Shown here: positions 24,387-33,047 of the stretch, piece by piece
Layout: each line of letters starts with the position of its first letter
How positions within the stretch are numbered: the stretch's first letter is position 1
Source: Candidatus Nanopelagicales bacterium
Lineage (GTDB): Bacteria > Actinomycetota > Actinomycetes > S36-B12 > GCA-2699445
DNA: 33,047 nt
NCBI GenBank assembly: GCA_029939085.1
Contig: JAOZTQ010000001.1
Span: 1-33,047 of the forward strand
Direction: 5' to 3'
Program-made: the position numbers and the translations under genes
The notes under the pieces: generated by a model
What the model saw: the letters and a program-made list of their open reading frames with translations, nothing else
Database searches by the model: none
What the model was told of the DNA's origin: nothing

Positions 24387-25607
24387 GTGCGCCTTGATAG
24401 TAGGTATCGTGGGCGTGCCATGGAACCTGAACAAGTCGCCCAAAATCTGCTGATTACGGTCAGCGGTCGAGATCGACCGGGCTTGACCGCCCAAATCTTC
24501 GCCGCACTCGAGGGCGAAGTCCTCGATACCGAGCAGTCGGTCGTATCAGGGCGATTGGTGCAGTTAGTGCTGTTGTCGTCAACAGAAGCGCGACAACTCA
24601 TTGAACAGAATCTGACCCAGTTGGCCACCGAACTGGAGCTCGACATCGAAGTGGCTGCGACAACTCAAGCCAGTTACGACCGGGATCAGGCTCGGCAGCG
24701 GTTGGTTATGTTGGGCGCCCCGATGGACTCGCACGCCATCGCTAAGATGGCTCAAGCCGTGCGCGATGCCGGCGGAAATATCGAACGGATGTCACGTATT
24801 GCTGCCTATCCGGTGACAGCAATCGAACTCATTATTCAGGCGCCCGATAACGAAACGCTTCGCAAAGAAGCGGCAGCGGTAGCCAGTGAGCGGGGCATCG
24901 ATTTCAGCGTCCAACCGATATCACTTGACCGACTCGGCCGGCATTTGGTTGTACTCGATGTCGACTCAACTCTGATTCAAGATGAAGTGATCGAGCTACT
25001 TGCGCAACACACTGGTACGGAGACTGAAGTTGCTGAAATAACAGAGCGGGCAATGCGTGGCGAACTCGACTTTCGCGCATCACTTTATGAACGTGCCGCG
25101 CTGTTGGCGGGGGCCAAGGAGACAGTCTTGGCAGAGGTCAGAGATCAGATCCGGTTAACACCGGGAGCTCGGACGCTATGCCGCACTCTCACTGGTCTTG
25201 GCCATGAGGTCGCATTGGTGAGCGGCGGATTCACTGAGGTCATCGCCCCGATCGCAGCACAGTTAGGCGTGGGGCATGTGCGGGCAAATACTTTGGAGAT
25301 TCAACGAGGAAGACTTACGGGCCGAGTACTAGAACCTGTCGTGGATCGCAGCGGTAAGGCTGCGGCTCTGCGTGAGATTGCCGCCGAAACCGGTATTCCA
25401 CTCACTCGGACGGTGGCCATAGGCGACGGAGCCAATGACCTCGATATGTTGGCTGCTGCGGGCTTAGGGGTGGCGTTTAACGCGAAACCCGTTCTTCGTG
25501 ACGCAGCCGACGCCGCTGTCAATGTTCCCTTCCTTGATTCAGTTTTGTTCTTGATGGGCTTATCCCGAGAGGAAATCGAATCGGCTCAAGAGATACCCAC
25601 TCGGTAG
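24387..25607 (+). CDS. serB: Phosphoserine phosphatase with N-terminal ACT domains (SerB2-type); the start may be ATG 24420
   Basis: 406 aa. ACT-like N-terminus (LITVSGRDRPGLTAQIFAAL). HAD motifs DVDSTLIQDEVIE, SGGF, GDGANDL. Confidence 0.9.
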   Translation: MRLDSRYRGRAMEPEQVAQNLLITVSGRDRPGLTAQIFAALEGEVLDTEQSVVSGRLVQLVLLSSTEARQLIEQNLTQLATELELDIEVAATTQASYDRDQARQRLVMLGAPMDSHAIAKMAQAVRDAGGNIERMSRIAAYPVTAIELIIQAPDNETLRKEAAAVASERGIDFSVQPISLDRLGRHLVVLDVDSTLIQDEVIELLAQHTGTETEVAEITERAMRGELDFRASLYERAALLAGAKETVLAEVRDQIRLTPGARTLCRTLTGLGHEVALVSGGFTEVIAPIAAQLGVGHVRANTLEIQRGRLTGRVLEPVVDRSGKAAALREIAAETGIPLTRTVAIGDGANDLDMLAAAGLGVAFNAKPVLRDAADAAVNVPFLDSVLFLMGLSREEIESAQEIPTR

Positions 25608-25654
25608 ACTGTTGCTTAGTGTCACTCGCGGTGCCGAGGTATTAGCGGAATGAT

Positions 25655-27313
25655 TCACGCGTCTGTGGTTTTACTCGGTTGCTCCTGGTAGTCCTCTTTC
25701 CTGTCACGGGGCAGAGCGAAGGACGCCAGCAAGCCGATAAACACCAGACCTCCGGCGACCAAGGCCGCGTCGCGAGCTGCCTCGGTATAGGACTCCTTGG
25801 CGTCCTTGACGATAACGCTTAGGCCAGGGATTTCCTCTAAGCCTCTGATCGCTTGCCCAGACGTACCCCGCACCTCGTTGACGATTTTTTCGCGGTCTCC
25901 ATCAGAGATCCCCGCTTCCTTGGTCAAAGTGTCATTAAGGATGGTGCCCAGCCCGGTGAATAGGACGGCTCCGATGATGGCGGTACCCAATGCGGTGCCG
26001 ATCTGCCGGAATGTGTTGTTCACTGCGGAAGCCTGTCCAGACTTGAGCGGCGGAACATCTACCAAGACCACATTGGCCAACTGAGCAGATGCAAAGCCAA
26101 GCCCCAAGCCATAAAAGAACAGCGGGATCACGAGCCACCACGGACTACGATCTACCCCAAAGGTGAAACTGAGCACCACGATGCCCGCGACTTCCAAAAC
26201 TAGCCCTAGCCGGATTAATCGAGTCGGACCCATAAGGCTGGCAGCCTTACCTGCCAGCCCACCCGCAAGCATTGCACCAAGCGCTAAGGAGGCCAATATA
26301 GCTCCGGTCTCTAACGGGCTGAGAGCATGCACCGCTTGAATCCATAGCGGTAGTGCGAAGAGCACCCCGAACTCACCCAAACTAACGACAAGCGCAACCA
26401 CGTTGCCAAAGCCATAGCGCCGAATTCGAAATAGCGATAGATCGAGCAGACTTGCTTTGCCGAGCGCAGCTTGATGCCGCTCCCACGTGACCAGAAGTAG
26501 CAGCAGAACGCAGCCGGTAACAAGAGCTATCGGCACCACAGATAGGCCACCCACACCGATCGATAGTGGCCCGAGATCGAACTGGGCAATCGCAGTCCAC
26601 CAACCAAACTGTTGGCCCTCAATGAGTCCGTACACGAGCAAACCAATACCGCCGGCTGACAGGACTACTCCGACAGGGTCAAGCCCCGCGATCTTCGGAC
26701 CCTTGTTCTCAGGGACGAATCGCAACGCCATAAGAGCGGCAACGGCCCCGACGGGAATGTTCACGAGGAATGCCCATCGCCAGCTGAAGTACTCAGCCAA
26801 GAAGCCACCCAGCAGCGGACCCAGCGCAGCGGCGCCAGCAAGGACTGTTCCAAATAAACCAAAAGCAAGAGCGCGACTGGGGCCCGTGAAGAGGACGTTT
26901 ATGACCGCGGCAGCTGAAGGCAACATCATTGCGCCACCGATCGCCTGCACTGCACGAGCAGCGATCAGAAAGGACGGGTCTTGAGCCGTACCGCTTGCCA
27001 ATGAGCCGACTACGAAAATTACTACGCCTAGGAGGAAGAGAAGCCTTCGTCCGTATCGATCCGCCAAGAGACCAATTGTGATGAGAAGGGCTGCAAAAAT
27101 AAGTACATAGATAGTGTTTACCCACTGCGTCTCAGTCTGGTTGAGGCCTAGATCGTCCACCATGTCAGGCAGTAGAACGTTGACCAGGCTGCTGTCAATG
27201 ATGATCATGCTCACGCCAATGAGCAGGGCAACCAGCGCCCACCAGGGGTGCGCCACCTTACTGCTGAATTGGTCGTCGGACGCTACGGATTCCCCCGCCT
27301 GCTCAGAAGTCAT
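25655..27313 (-). CDS. MFS transporter, DHA2 (EmrB/QacA-like, about 14 TM) drug/H+ antiporter family
   Basis: 552 aa, many TM helices. MFS motif A-like region (LADRYGRRLLFLLG) and a long 14-TMS architecture with a hydrophilic C-terminal tail. Confidence 0.9.
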   Translation of the reverse strand: MTSEQAGESVASDDQFSSKVAHPWWALVALLIGVSMIIIDSSLVNVLLPDMVDDLGLNQTETQWVNTIYVLIFAALLITIGLLADRYGRRLLFLLGVVIFVVGSLASGTAQDPSFLIAARAVQAIGGAMMLPSAAAVINVLFTGPSRALAFGLFGTVLAGAAALGPLLGGFLAEYFSWRWAFLVNIPVGAVAALMALRFVPENKGPKIAGLDPVGVVLSAGGIGLLVYGLIEGQQFGWWTAIAQFDLGPLSIGVGGLSVVPIALVTGCVLLLLLVTWERHQAALGKASLLDLSLFRIRRYGFGNVVALVVSLGEFGVLFALPLWIQAVHALSPLETGAILASLALGAMLAGGLAGKAASLMGPTRLIRLGLVLEVAGIVVLSFTFGVDRSPWWLVIPLFFYGLGLGFASAQLANVVLVDVPPLKSGQASAVNNTFRQIGTALGTAIIGAVLFTGLGTILNDTLTKEAGISDGDREKIVNEVRGTSGQAIRGLEEIPGLSVIVKDAKESYTEAARDAALVAGGLVFIGLLASFALPRDRKEDYQEQPSKTTDA

Positions 27314-27520
27314 GCTGGAACTCTAGAGCAGAGCGACCATCTTCATCTATAGAAGTTGTCAGTTGCCGTAGCCGGATCTTCGCCAGTGGAGTGCTCGGCA
27401 ATGATTTCTCTAACTCCTGCCACCTCAGGCCTCACATATTGCAGGTGACAGTCGCCGGAGAAGTCGCGGGAATTCATCCACAGGGAAAACACCACCCCTG
27501 ACAGCTCCAGCAATAATCAA

Positions 27521-28024
27521 TTAGCCGCGTGGAGCCTGGAAGTCGATTAGCGTTCCATTGCCCGGACTGATTTCCGACCAACGATCATTCAGTTCAATCA
27601 CAGCCACACCGGATGTCGGGAACTTATATGCCATTTCGTAGCGTGCGGTCTGATCACCGGCTGAGACCAGCGCACTGGCGAGATCTTCACACCCGGGATT
27701 GTGGCCGATCAAAGCAGCCGTTGTACTTTCCTCGGGCATGTCCTGGACCACTTGAAGTAACTCAGTCCAATGTGCGGCGTATATCTTTTCGAGGAAGTTA
27801 GCCGGTGGTTGTTCGGGGAGTTGTTGCGAAATCAATTCCCAGGTTTCTCGAGTTCGTTGAGCAGTCGAAACCCAGACACTTTGTGGGAGGAAGTCCTCAG
27901 AGGTTAGCCACCGACCCACGGCAGGAGCATCTCGTTCACCGCGCCGACCCAATGGACGCTCATGATCCGGAACGCCCTCCGGCCAATCGGACTTCGCGTG
28001 GCGGATGATGAGCAATCGATGCAT
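27521..28024 (-). CDS. Histidine phosphatase family protein (SixA-like phosphohistidine phosphatase)
   Basis: 167 aa. N-terminal LLIIRHAKSDW (RHG-type catalytic motif) and a second His in IGHNPG. Confidence 0.8.
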   Translation of the reverse strand: MHRLLIIRHAKSDWPEGVPDHERPLGRRGERDAPAVGRWLTSEDFLPQSVWVSTAQRTRETWELISQQLPEQPPANFLEKIYAAHWTELLQVVQDMPEESTTAALIGHNPGCEDLASALVSAGDQTARYEMAYKFPTSGVAVIELNDRWSEISPGNGTLIDFQAPRG

Positions 28025-28085
28025 GACCCAAGCGTAGAAGTCTTCACCTGACTAGGCGCGGCTGGCAACTATCCGGCAGTATGCA

Positions 28086-29579
28086 GTGGTGGCCCAAACA
28101 CCAGATGCTGTAGACCCCGAGCCGCTCCTCGCGGCAGCGTTGGGTGCGGCAACAGGCTGTGAGCATGCAGACGCGCGACTGGTGAACACTCGCACGACCG
28201 CACAAAGTCGACGGGATCGGACCGCCAAAGCTGACGTCGATCACGGTGAAGCGGCCATCGGTATTCGGGTACTGCGTGATGGCTGTTGGGGATTCGCCGC
28301 AACTGACGATCTGAGTACAGATGCGGTCACTCGCACCGCACGGACGGCAGTAGCTTTGGCACGAGCTTCTGCAGCTACAGTCACAACCCCGGTCGAGTTG
28401 GCCCCCGAGCCAACGCATCACGGCGACTGGCACAGCGGCTACGAAATAGACCCTTTTGCCATCCCGTCAGAGGATCGGATGGAATTTTTAGAGTGGGGTT
28501 CCGCTCTACTGCTGGAACATCCCTCAGTGCAGCACACTGACGCCGCATTGTTGGCTGTTGCCGAATCAGTTGCCTATGCAGACTCACACGGAACGTCAGT
28601 ACGTCAAAATCGCATTCGTCTGGAAGCCAGTTTCACGGCAGTCCATCTCGATCCAAGTGGCGACTTCACAACCCTCACGACAACTGCACCACCGGTCGCT
28701 CGCGGATGGGAATTTTTGACGGCGACCGATGGGACGTGGCCGTGGCAACAGGAACTATCTGAACTTCCGGAGCTGCTTTCCGCAAAGGCCGCCGCACCGA
28801 GTGTGGAACCGGGTCAATACACGCTGGTTGTTGACCCGACCAATCTGTGGCTCACGATTCATGAGTCGGTGGCACATGCCACCGAACTGGATCGCATGTT
28901 GGGTTACGAAGCAAACTACGCCGGGACTTCCTTCGTCTCACCAACTGACGTCGGTGAACTTCGGTATGGATCGGAATTGATGAACGTCCGCGCCGACCGC
29001 ACCGTTGAACATGGATTATCCACTGTGGCCTGGGATGACGAGGGTGTTGCCGCTCAAGAGTGGCCGCTGATCAGCGATGGAGTGCTGGTCGGCGTTCAGT
29101 TAGACCGCTCGATGGCAGCCGCGGCCGGTCTACCGCGCAGTAACGGTTGTGCTTACGCAGACTCGGGAAGCCATACGCCGTTACAGCGAATGCCCAACAT
29201 TAGTTTGATGCCCGATCCTGAAGGTGGCAGCGTCGCGGATTTGATCGCCGGGGTTGATGACGGCATCTACGTCGTGGGCGATAACTCTTGGTCAATAGAT
29301 ATGCAGCGATACAACTTTCAGTTCACGGGTCAACAGTTTTACCGCATCAAGTCTGGGCAACTAGTAGGTCAACTACGGGATGTGGCTTATCAAGGTCGAA
29401 CTCCCGATTTTTGGCGTTCCATGGTTGCAGTCGGCGGACCGGAGAGTTTCCTGTTGGCGGGCGCATTGAACTGCGGTAAAGGACAACCTGGTCAAACCGC
29501 ACCGGTATCGCATGGCGCCCCGGCAGCCGTTTTCGAAAACGTCAACATCCTCAACAGTCGCGAGGAGGCCGGGTCATGA
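28086..29579 (+). CDS. tldD: TldD-family metalloprotease subunit
   Basis: 497 aa. HExxxH zinc motif HESVAHATELD. Conserved C-terminal GxC region (ALNCGKGQPGQ). ATGA overlap with the following PmbA-like gene. Confidence 0.85.
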   Translation: MVAQTPDAVDPEPLLAAALGAATGCEHADARLVNTRTTAQSRRDRTAKADVDHGEAAIGIRVLRDGCWGFAATDDLSTDAVTRTARTAVALARASAATVTTPVELAPEPTHHGDWHSGYEIDPFAIPSEDRMEFLEWGSALLLEHPSVQHTDAALLAVAESVAYADSHGTSVRQNRIRLEASFTAVHLDPSGDFTTLTTTAPPVARGWEFLTATDGTWPWQQELSELPELLSAKAAAPSVEPGQYTLVVDPTNLWLTIHESVAHATELDRMLGYEANYAGTSFVSPTDVGELRYGSELMNVRADRTVEHGLSTVAWDDEGVAAQEWPLISDGVLVGVQLDRSMAAAAGLPRSNGCAYADSGSHTPLQRMPNISLMPDPEGGSVADLIAGVDDGIYVVGDNSWSIDMQRYNFQFTGQQFYRIKSGQLVGQLRDVAYQGRTPDFWRSMVAVGGPESFLLAGALNCGKGQPGQTAPVSHGAPAAVFENVNILNSREEAGS

Positions 29580-30961
29580 TGCGTGCCCAAGACATCGTTG
29601 AGGTGGCATTAGCTCAGGCCCAAACCGAGCAACTTGCGGTCGTCGTCGAAGAGGCAAGTGAGGTCAACCTTCGTTGGGCCAACAGCAGTTTGACGACCAA
29701 CGGGTTAGTGAATGAGCAGCACGTCGATATTGTGGCGTGCCCTATAAATGCCGAAACCGGTCGAACGGCAACAGTTTCCGGTCAGGTTCGCGATGCGACT
29801 GATGTGGTCACACTGATAGACCGAGCGCGTCACGCTGCTTCCGTAGCGGCACCGACCGAGGACTGCGACGTGTTGCCGGAAGGCCAGATCTCACCGGATT
29901 GGGATGAGGCGCCCCCGGCGACTCATCCGGATCAGATAACTGGGTTAGCCGAAGGCTTAGGCGGCCTCTTCGAGCTCGGCAGGAGCCAGGAGATCTCACA
30001 CTTCGGGTATGCCGAACAGCGTGTGGGCACGACATTTCTCGGCACAACCTCAGGCACTCGGTTGCGTTTCACACAACCAGCTAACCGGTTCGAGACCACC
30101 GCGAAAGATTCAACGCGCACAAGGTCTGCGTGGCACGGGGAAGCCGGAGAAAACTTCGAAGAGGTGAATCTCGATGCGGTCGGCGCAGGACTCGCTGACC
30201 GCCTCACTTGGCAGCAACGACACGTCAACGTAGCTCCGGGGCGCCATACAGTTCTATTAGCTCCCAGTGCCGTGGCCGATCTGATGATCGACTTGTATTG
30301 GTCTGCTGATGCTGAGTCAGCTTTAGATGGTCGCAGCGCTTTTGCAGCTCCCGGTGGCGGTACCCGGGTTGGTGACGCACTCGGAGAGGGTCTGACACTT
30401 TCGAGTGACCCACATCATTCGAACCCTTCCATGCGGTGTGCTGACTTTGCGACCGCGGTCGCCGCAACAAGCACTAGCTCACCGTTTGATAACGGAGCTG
30501 CGGTGCCAGCAAGTGACTGGATCGCTAATGGCGTCCTCCAGCGGCTGATCACTACTCGCCATATCGCTGCGCAGGCGGGACTGCCCTATGCCCCGGCGGT
30601 CGACAACCTGGAAATGCGAACTGCAACGGGCCACGGCTCACTCGCTGATGTCGCAGGTCGACTTCGTGATGGGATTCTCATTACGTGCCTTTGGTACAAC
30701 CGGATGGTGGACCCAAAAACACTTCTTCTGACCGGACTCACCCGCGATGGCGTCTATGTCGTCCGGAATGGGGAGATTGTGGGATCTTGTGGCAACTACC
30801 GGTTCAACGAATCGCCGGTTGGGCTCCTCGGTCGTATCCTAGATTCGGGAGCAACGGAACGAACTCTCGCCCGAGAGATGGGTGATTACTTCAACCGGGC
30901 TGCCATGCCGCCTTTGGTGGTCGAGGATTTCAACTTGTCCACCCAAAGCGACGCGACATAG
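29576..30961 (+). CDS. pmbA: PmbA/TldE-family protein (non-catalytic partner of TldD)
   Basis: 461 aa. Same fold family by overall similarity to the preceding gene but lacks HExxxH. Start codon overlaps the tldD stop (ATGA at 29576-29579). Confidence 0.8.
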   Translation: MMRAQDIVEVALAQAQTEQLAVVVEEASEVNLRWANSSLTTNGLVNEQHVDIVACPINAETGRTATVSGQVRDATDVVTLIDRARHAASVAAPTEDCDVLPEGQISPDWDEAPPATHPDQITGLAEGLGGLFELGRSQEISHFGYAEQRVGTTFLGTTSGTRLRFTQPANRFETTAKDSTRTRSAWHGEAGENFEEVNLDAVGAGLADRLTWQQRHVNVAPGRHTVLLAPSAVADLMIDLYWSADAESALDGRSAFAAPGGGTRVGDALGEGLTLSSDPHHSNPSMRCADFATAVAATSTSSPFDNGAAVPASDWIANGVLQRLITTRHIAAQAGLPYAPAVDNLEMRTATGHGSLADVAGRLRDGILITCLWYNRMVDPKTLLLTGLTRDGVYVVRNGEIVGSCGNYRFNESPVGLLGRILDSGATERTLAREMGDYFNRAAMPPLVVEDFNLSTQSDAT

Positions 30962-30974
30962 AGCAGGAGGCTAG

Positions 30975-31328
30975 ATGACACTCCCAGCGGAGTCCACTGA
31001 ACCGCAGCCGCGAGCTCGCCGGGGCGACGATTCGGTCCACCGCGTTACAACGGCGCAAACTGGTCTGAGTCAAGAGCAGCGAGCGCGGACCCGTCGATAT
31101 CTCATCTCGATGAGTATCCGGACCCTATGTTTTATCGCTGCGGTAGTCGCTGACGGATGGTTGCGCTGGGCTTTCCTCGCTGGCGCAGTGTTTCTGCCGT
31201 ATATCGCCGTCATTATGGCCAATGCCGGCCGGGAGAACGATAAGTTCAGCGGTCCAGAACAGGTACGCCCGCTTCCTATGGGCCAACTCGGGCCCGGTGA
31301 AGTGATCACGGACGATCGACGGGAGTAG
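30975..31328 (+). CDS. Small two-TM membrane protein, DUF3099-like
   Basis: 117 aa. Basic N-terminus, then RYLISMSIRTLCFIAAVV...AVFLPYIAVIMANAGRE, which I recognise as the DUF3099 pattern often found next to SURF1 in actinobacteria (from memory). Confidence 0.65.
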   Translation: MTLPAESTEPQPRARRGDDSVHRVTTAQTGLSQEQRARTRRYLISMSIRTLCFIAAVVADGWLRWAFLAGAVFLPYIAVIMANAGRENDKFSGPEQVRPLPMGQLGPGEVITDDRRE

Positions 31329-31337
31329 GCTCGCAGG

Positions 31338-32069
31338 ATGCTCTCCCTGCTGCGTAATCCTCGCTGGCAGGCCTTCACGGCGGCCGCATTGATTGCGATC
31401 GTCGCTTTCGGCCTTTTAAGTCTGTGGCAATACAACCGAGCCGAAGAAGAACGGATTGAATTCAGCGCCATTTCCGAACGCTTGGAAAGTCCGCCGGCCT
31501 CACTGGCGTATACCGATGCCAGTGACGCAGTTGATTGGCAGCGGGTTCAAGTCACTGGTGAGTACGATCCTGACGCTCAACTCCTCATCCGGAACCGACC
31601 GCAAAGTGGGAGTAACGGATTCTGGGTCACAACATTGCTACTCACTGATGAGGGCGCTACTTGGGTGGTCCGGGGCTGGCTACCGGCCGCAATCGGAAAT
31701 CTGGAACCTGCGCCGGCCCCACCCTCCGGAATACTCACAGTGGACGGCTACGCGCGTAAACCGGAGACGGCACCGGCTCGAAAAGCCGACGATGTGCCAG
31801 CCGGACAGGCAAGTGCGATGAACCCCGAGGGGCTATCCGAACTCGTTGCCGGACCCAGACCCTCCAGTTGGTACGTGATCGCGGCAAATGATCCAGAGTT
31901 GACGCCAGTGCCATTGCCGGAACCGACCGACTCCCGCAACCTCTCCTATGCTGGCCAATGGCTACTATTCGCGGCTGTCGTGATCGGCGGTTGGTTCTTC
32001 TTCCTAAGGCGTGAGGCAGCGGAAGTCTCGGCGGAACATGATCAGACTGACTCCACAGCTGCCGTGTGA
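31338..32069 (+). CDS. SURF1-family cytochrome oxidase biogenesis protein
   Basis: 243 aa. N-terminal TM helix followed by LWQYNRAEE (the SURF1 signature GxWQxxR), a periplasmic domain and a C-terminal TM helix (YAGQWLLFAAVVIGGWFFF). Confidence 0.8.
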   Translation: MLSLLRNPRWQAFTAAALIAIVAFGLLSLWQYNRAEEERIEFSAISERLESPPASLAYTDASDAVDWQRVQVTGEYDPDAQLLIRNRPQSGSNGFWVTTLLLTDEGATWVVRGWLPAAIGNLEPAPAPPSGILTVDGYARKPETAPARKADDVPAGQASAMNPEGLSELVAGPRPSSWYVIAANDPELTPVPLPEPTDSRNLSYAGQWLLFAAVVIGGWFFFLRREAAEVSAEHDQTDSTAAV

Positions 32070-32108
32070 CGGCCCAACCCGAGACAACGAGTTGGCTAGG
32101 TTGAGACG

Positions 32109-33047
32109 TCAGGAATCAACCTGCGTTCGGCCTTGGAACTGCGTGCGATATAGCTCGGCATAAAGCCCACCTGCTGCCAGCAAATCAGTATGCGTTCCGT
32201 GCTCGACGACCTGACCCGCATCGATCACCAATATTTGATCGGCTTCTCGAATCGTGCTCAATCGATGAGCGATGACGACAGAAGTTCGACCAGTTAAAGC
32301 CCTAGCCAGAGCTCGCTGCACCGCTGCCTCACTGTCACTGTCCAGGTGCGCCGTAGCCTCGTCCAGTACAACTACACGAGGCTGTTTGAGCAGTAATCGA
32401 GCGATAGCTAGCCGCTGTCGCTCACCGCCGGATAACCGGTGACCACGATCTCCAACAATCGTGTCCATCCCCTCAGGTAAATCCCTGATTAGGCCAGCAA
32501 TCTGGGCATCTTCACAAGCAGCCCATACTTCCGATAGCTCTGCTTCCGGTCGGGCGTACCTGAGGTTGGCCAGAATGGTGTCGTGGAACAGATGCGCATC
32601 TTGCGTCACTACCCCGACAGTGTCGTGAATGGATTGTTGGGTCAATGACCGCAGATCTTCGCCACCGATCCGAACCTCACCTGAGTCTGGATCGTACAGC
32701 CGGGACACCAGCGATGTAATCGTGGTCTTGCCAGCACCCGACGGACCGACTAGCGCGAGCATCTTGCCCGGAGCAACCGTGAAATTCACATCTCGTAGTG
32801 CTGGCGCGGAGTTGGCGGCGTCAGCTGTCTTTCGAGCGACTGATTCCAGCGATGCCAGTGAAACATCTGCCGCTCGAGGGTAAGTGAAGTTCACATTGTC
32901 GAACTCGACCGAGGCGGGGTTTGAAGCACTCAACATCTCAGCCTCTGGTGCATCAGCTACCTGTGGCTTCAGATCTAGTACCTCAAAGACGCGGTCAAAG
33001 GAGACCAGAGCGGTCATGACATCAACTCGAACATTTGAAAGTGCCGT
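32109..33047 (-). CDS. ABC exporter (fused TMD-NBD, MsbA/MdlB type), 3' part only; the gene continues beyond the right edge
   Basis: Walker [10 protein letters not shown], signature LSGGERQR, Walker [14 protein letters not shown]-loop IAHR. The frame stays open upstream of the track Met ([25 protein letters not shown]) to position 33047, so the Met at 33017 is internal. Confidence 0.9.
   Translation of the reverse strand, partial: TALSNVRVDVMTALVSFDRVFEVLDLKPQVADAPEAEMLSASNPASVEFDNVNFTYPRAADVSLASLESVARKTADAANSAPALRDVNFTVAPGKMLALVGPSGAGKTTITSLVSRLYDPDSGEVRIGGEDLRSLTQQSIHDTVGVVTQDAHLFHDTILANLRYARPEAELSEVWAACEDAQIAGLIRDLPEGMDTIVGDRGHRLSGGERQRLAIARLLLKQPRVVVLDEATAHLDSDSEAAVQRALARALTGRTSVVIAHRLSTIREADQILVIDAGQVVEHGTHTDLLAAGGLYAELYRTQFQGRTQVDS

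Noticed and set aside
27343-27477. 44-codon minus-strand ORF (MNSRDFSGDCHLQYVRPEVAGV...) in the gap upstream of the MFS gene
   Set aside because: No SD, no recognisable motif, short. Mentioned only within the gap finding.
33019-33034. TCGAACATTTGAAAGT, resembling the second SOS box
   Set aside because: Only the left half-site matches and the right half (GAAAGT) does not. It lies inside the coding sequence of the ABC exporter.
1-33047. Genomic island, prophage or defence-system content
   Set aside because: There is no integrase, transposase, tRNA attachment site, direct-repeat boundary or defence-type gene. Gene order matches the conserved actinobacterial core (nrdJ-nrdR-lexA-dinG-hflX-dapF-miaA-miaB). 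The only compositional anomalies are the short tracts reported as findings.

Overview
This window looks like a conserved, housekeeping stretch of an Actinomycetota chromosome (G+C in the high 50s % by eye). About 31 genes are tightly packed. I found no tRNA, rRNA, CRISPR array, transposase, integrase or recognisable defence genes. The left half follows the classic actinobacterial order known from Streptomyces and Mycobacterium: nrdJ, nrdR, an SOS-controlled LysM gene, lexA (divergent), dinG-like helicase, hflX, dapF, miaA, miaB. A GT4 glycosyltransferase and a PIG-L/LmbE deacetylase sit between dapF and miaA. The rest holds a Nudix-like gene with pta and ackA, an APA-type amino-acid permease, an NfeD/SPFH/TrmH-type methyltransferase operon, an orphan ABC ATPase, an unknown protein coupled to ACT-domain SerB, a DHA2 MFS exporter, a SixA-type phosphatase, a TldD/PmbA pair, DUF3099, SURF1, and a 5'-truncated ABC exporter at the right edge. 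I see no convincing novel multi-gene system and say so plainly. The observations most worth a second look are small-scale. (1) Four helically phased copies of an imperfect 14-bp palindrome lie in an AT-rich island between the nrdJ stop codon and its terminator hairpin. (2) A 10-bp tandem repeat with five phased GATC sites, bracketed by a 9-bp inverted repeat, lies in the long lexA leader. (3) Two small signal-peptide proteins of unknown family lie at the left edge, beside an extreme C+A-skewed tract. (4) A Nudix-fold protein with a degenerate Nudix box is translationally coupled to pta-ackA. (5) An uncharacterised, apparently leaderless gene abuts serB. All protein calls rest on motifs read from the supplied translations. 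No database search was run.
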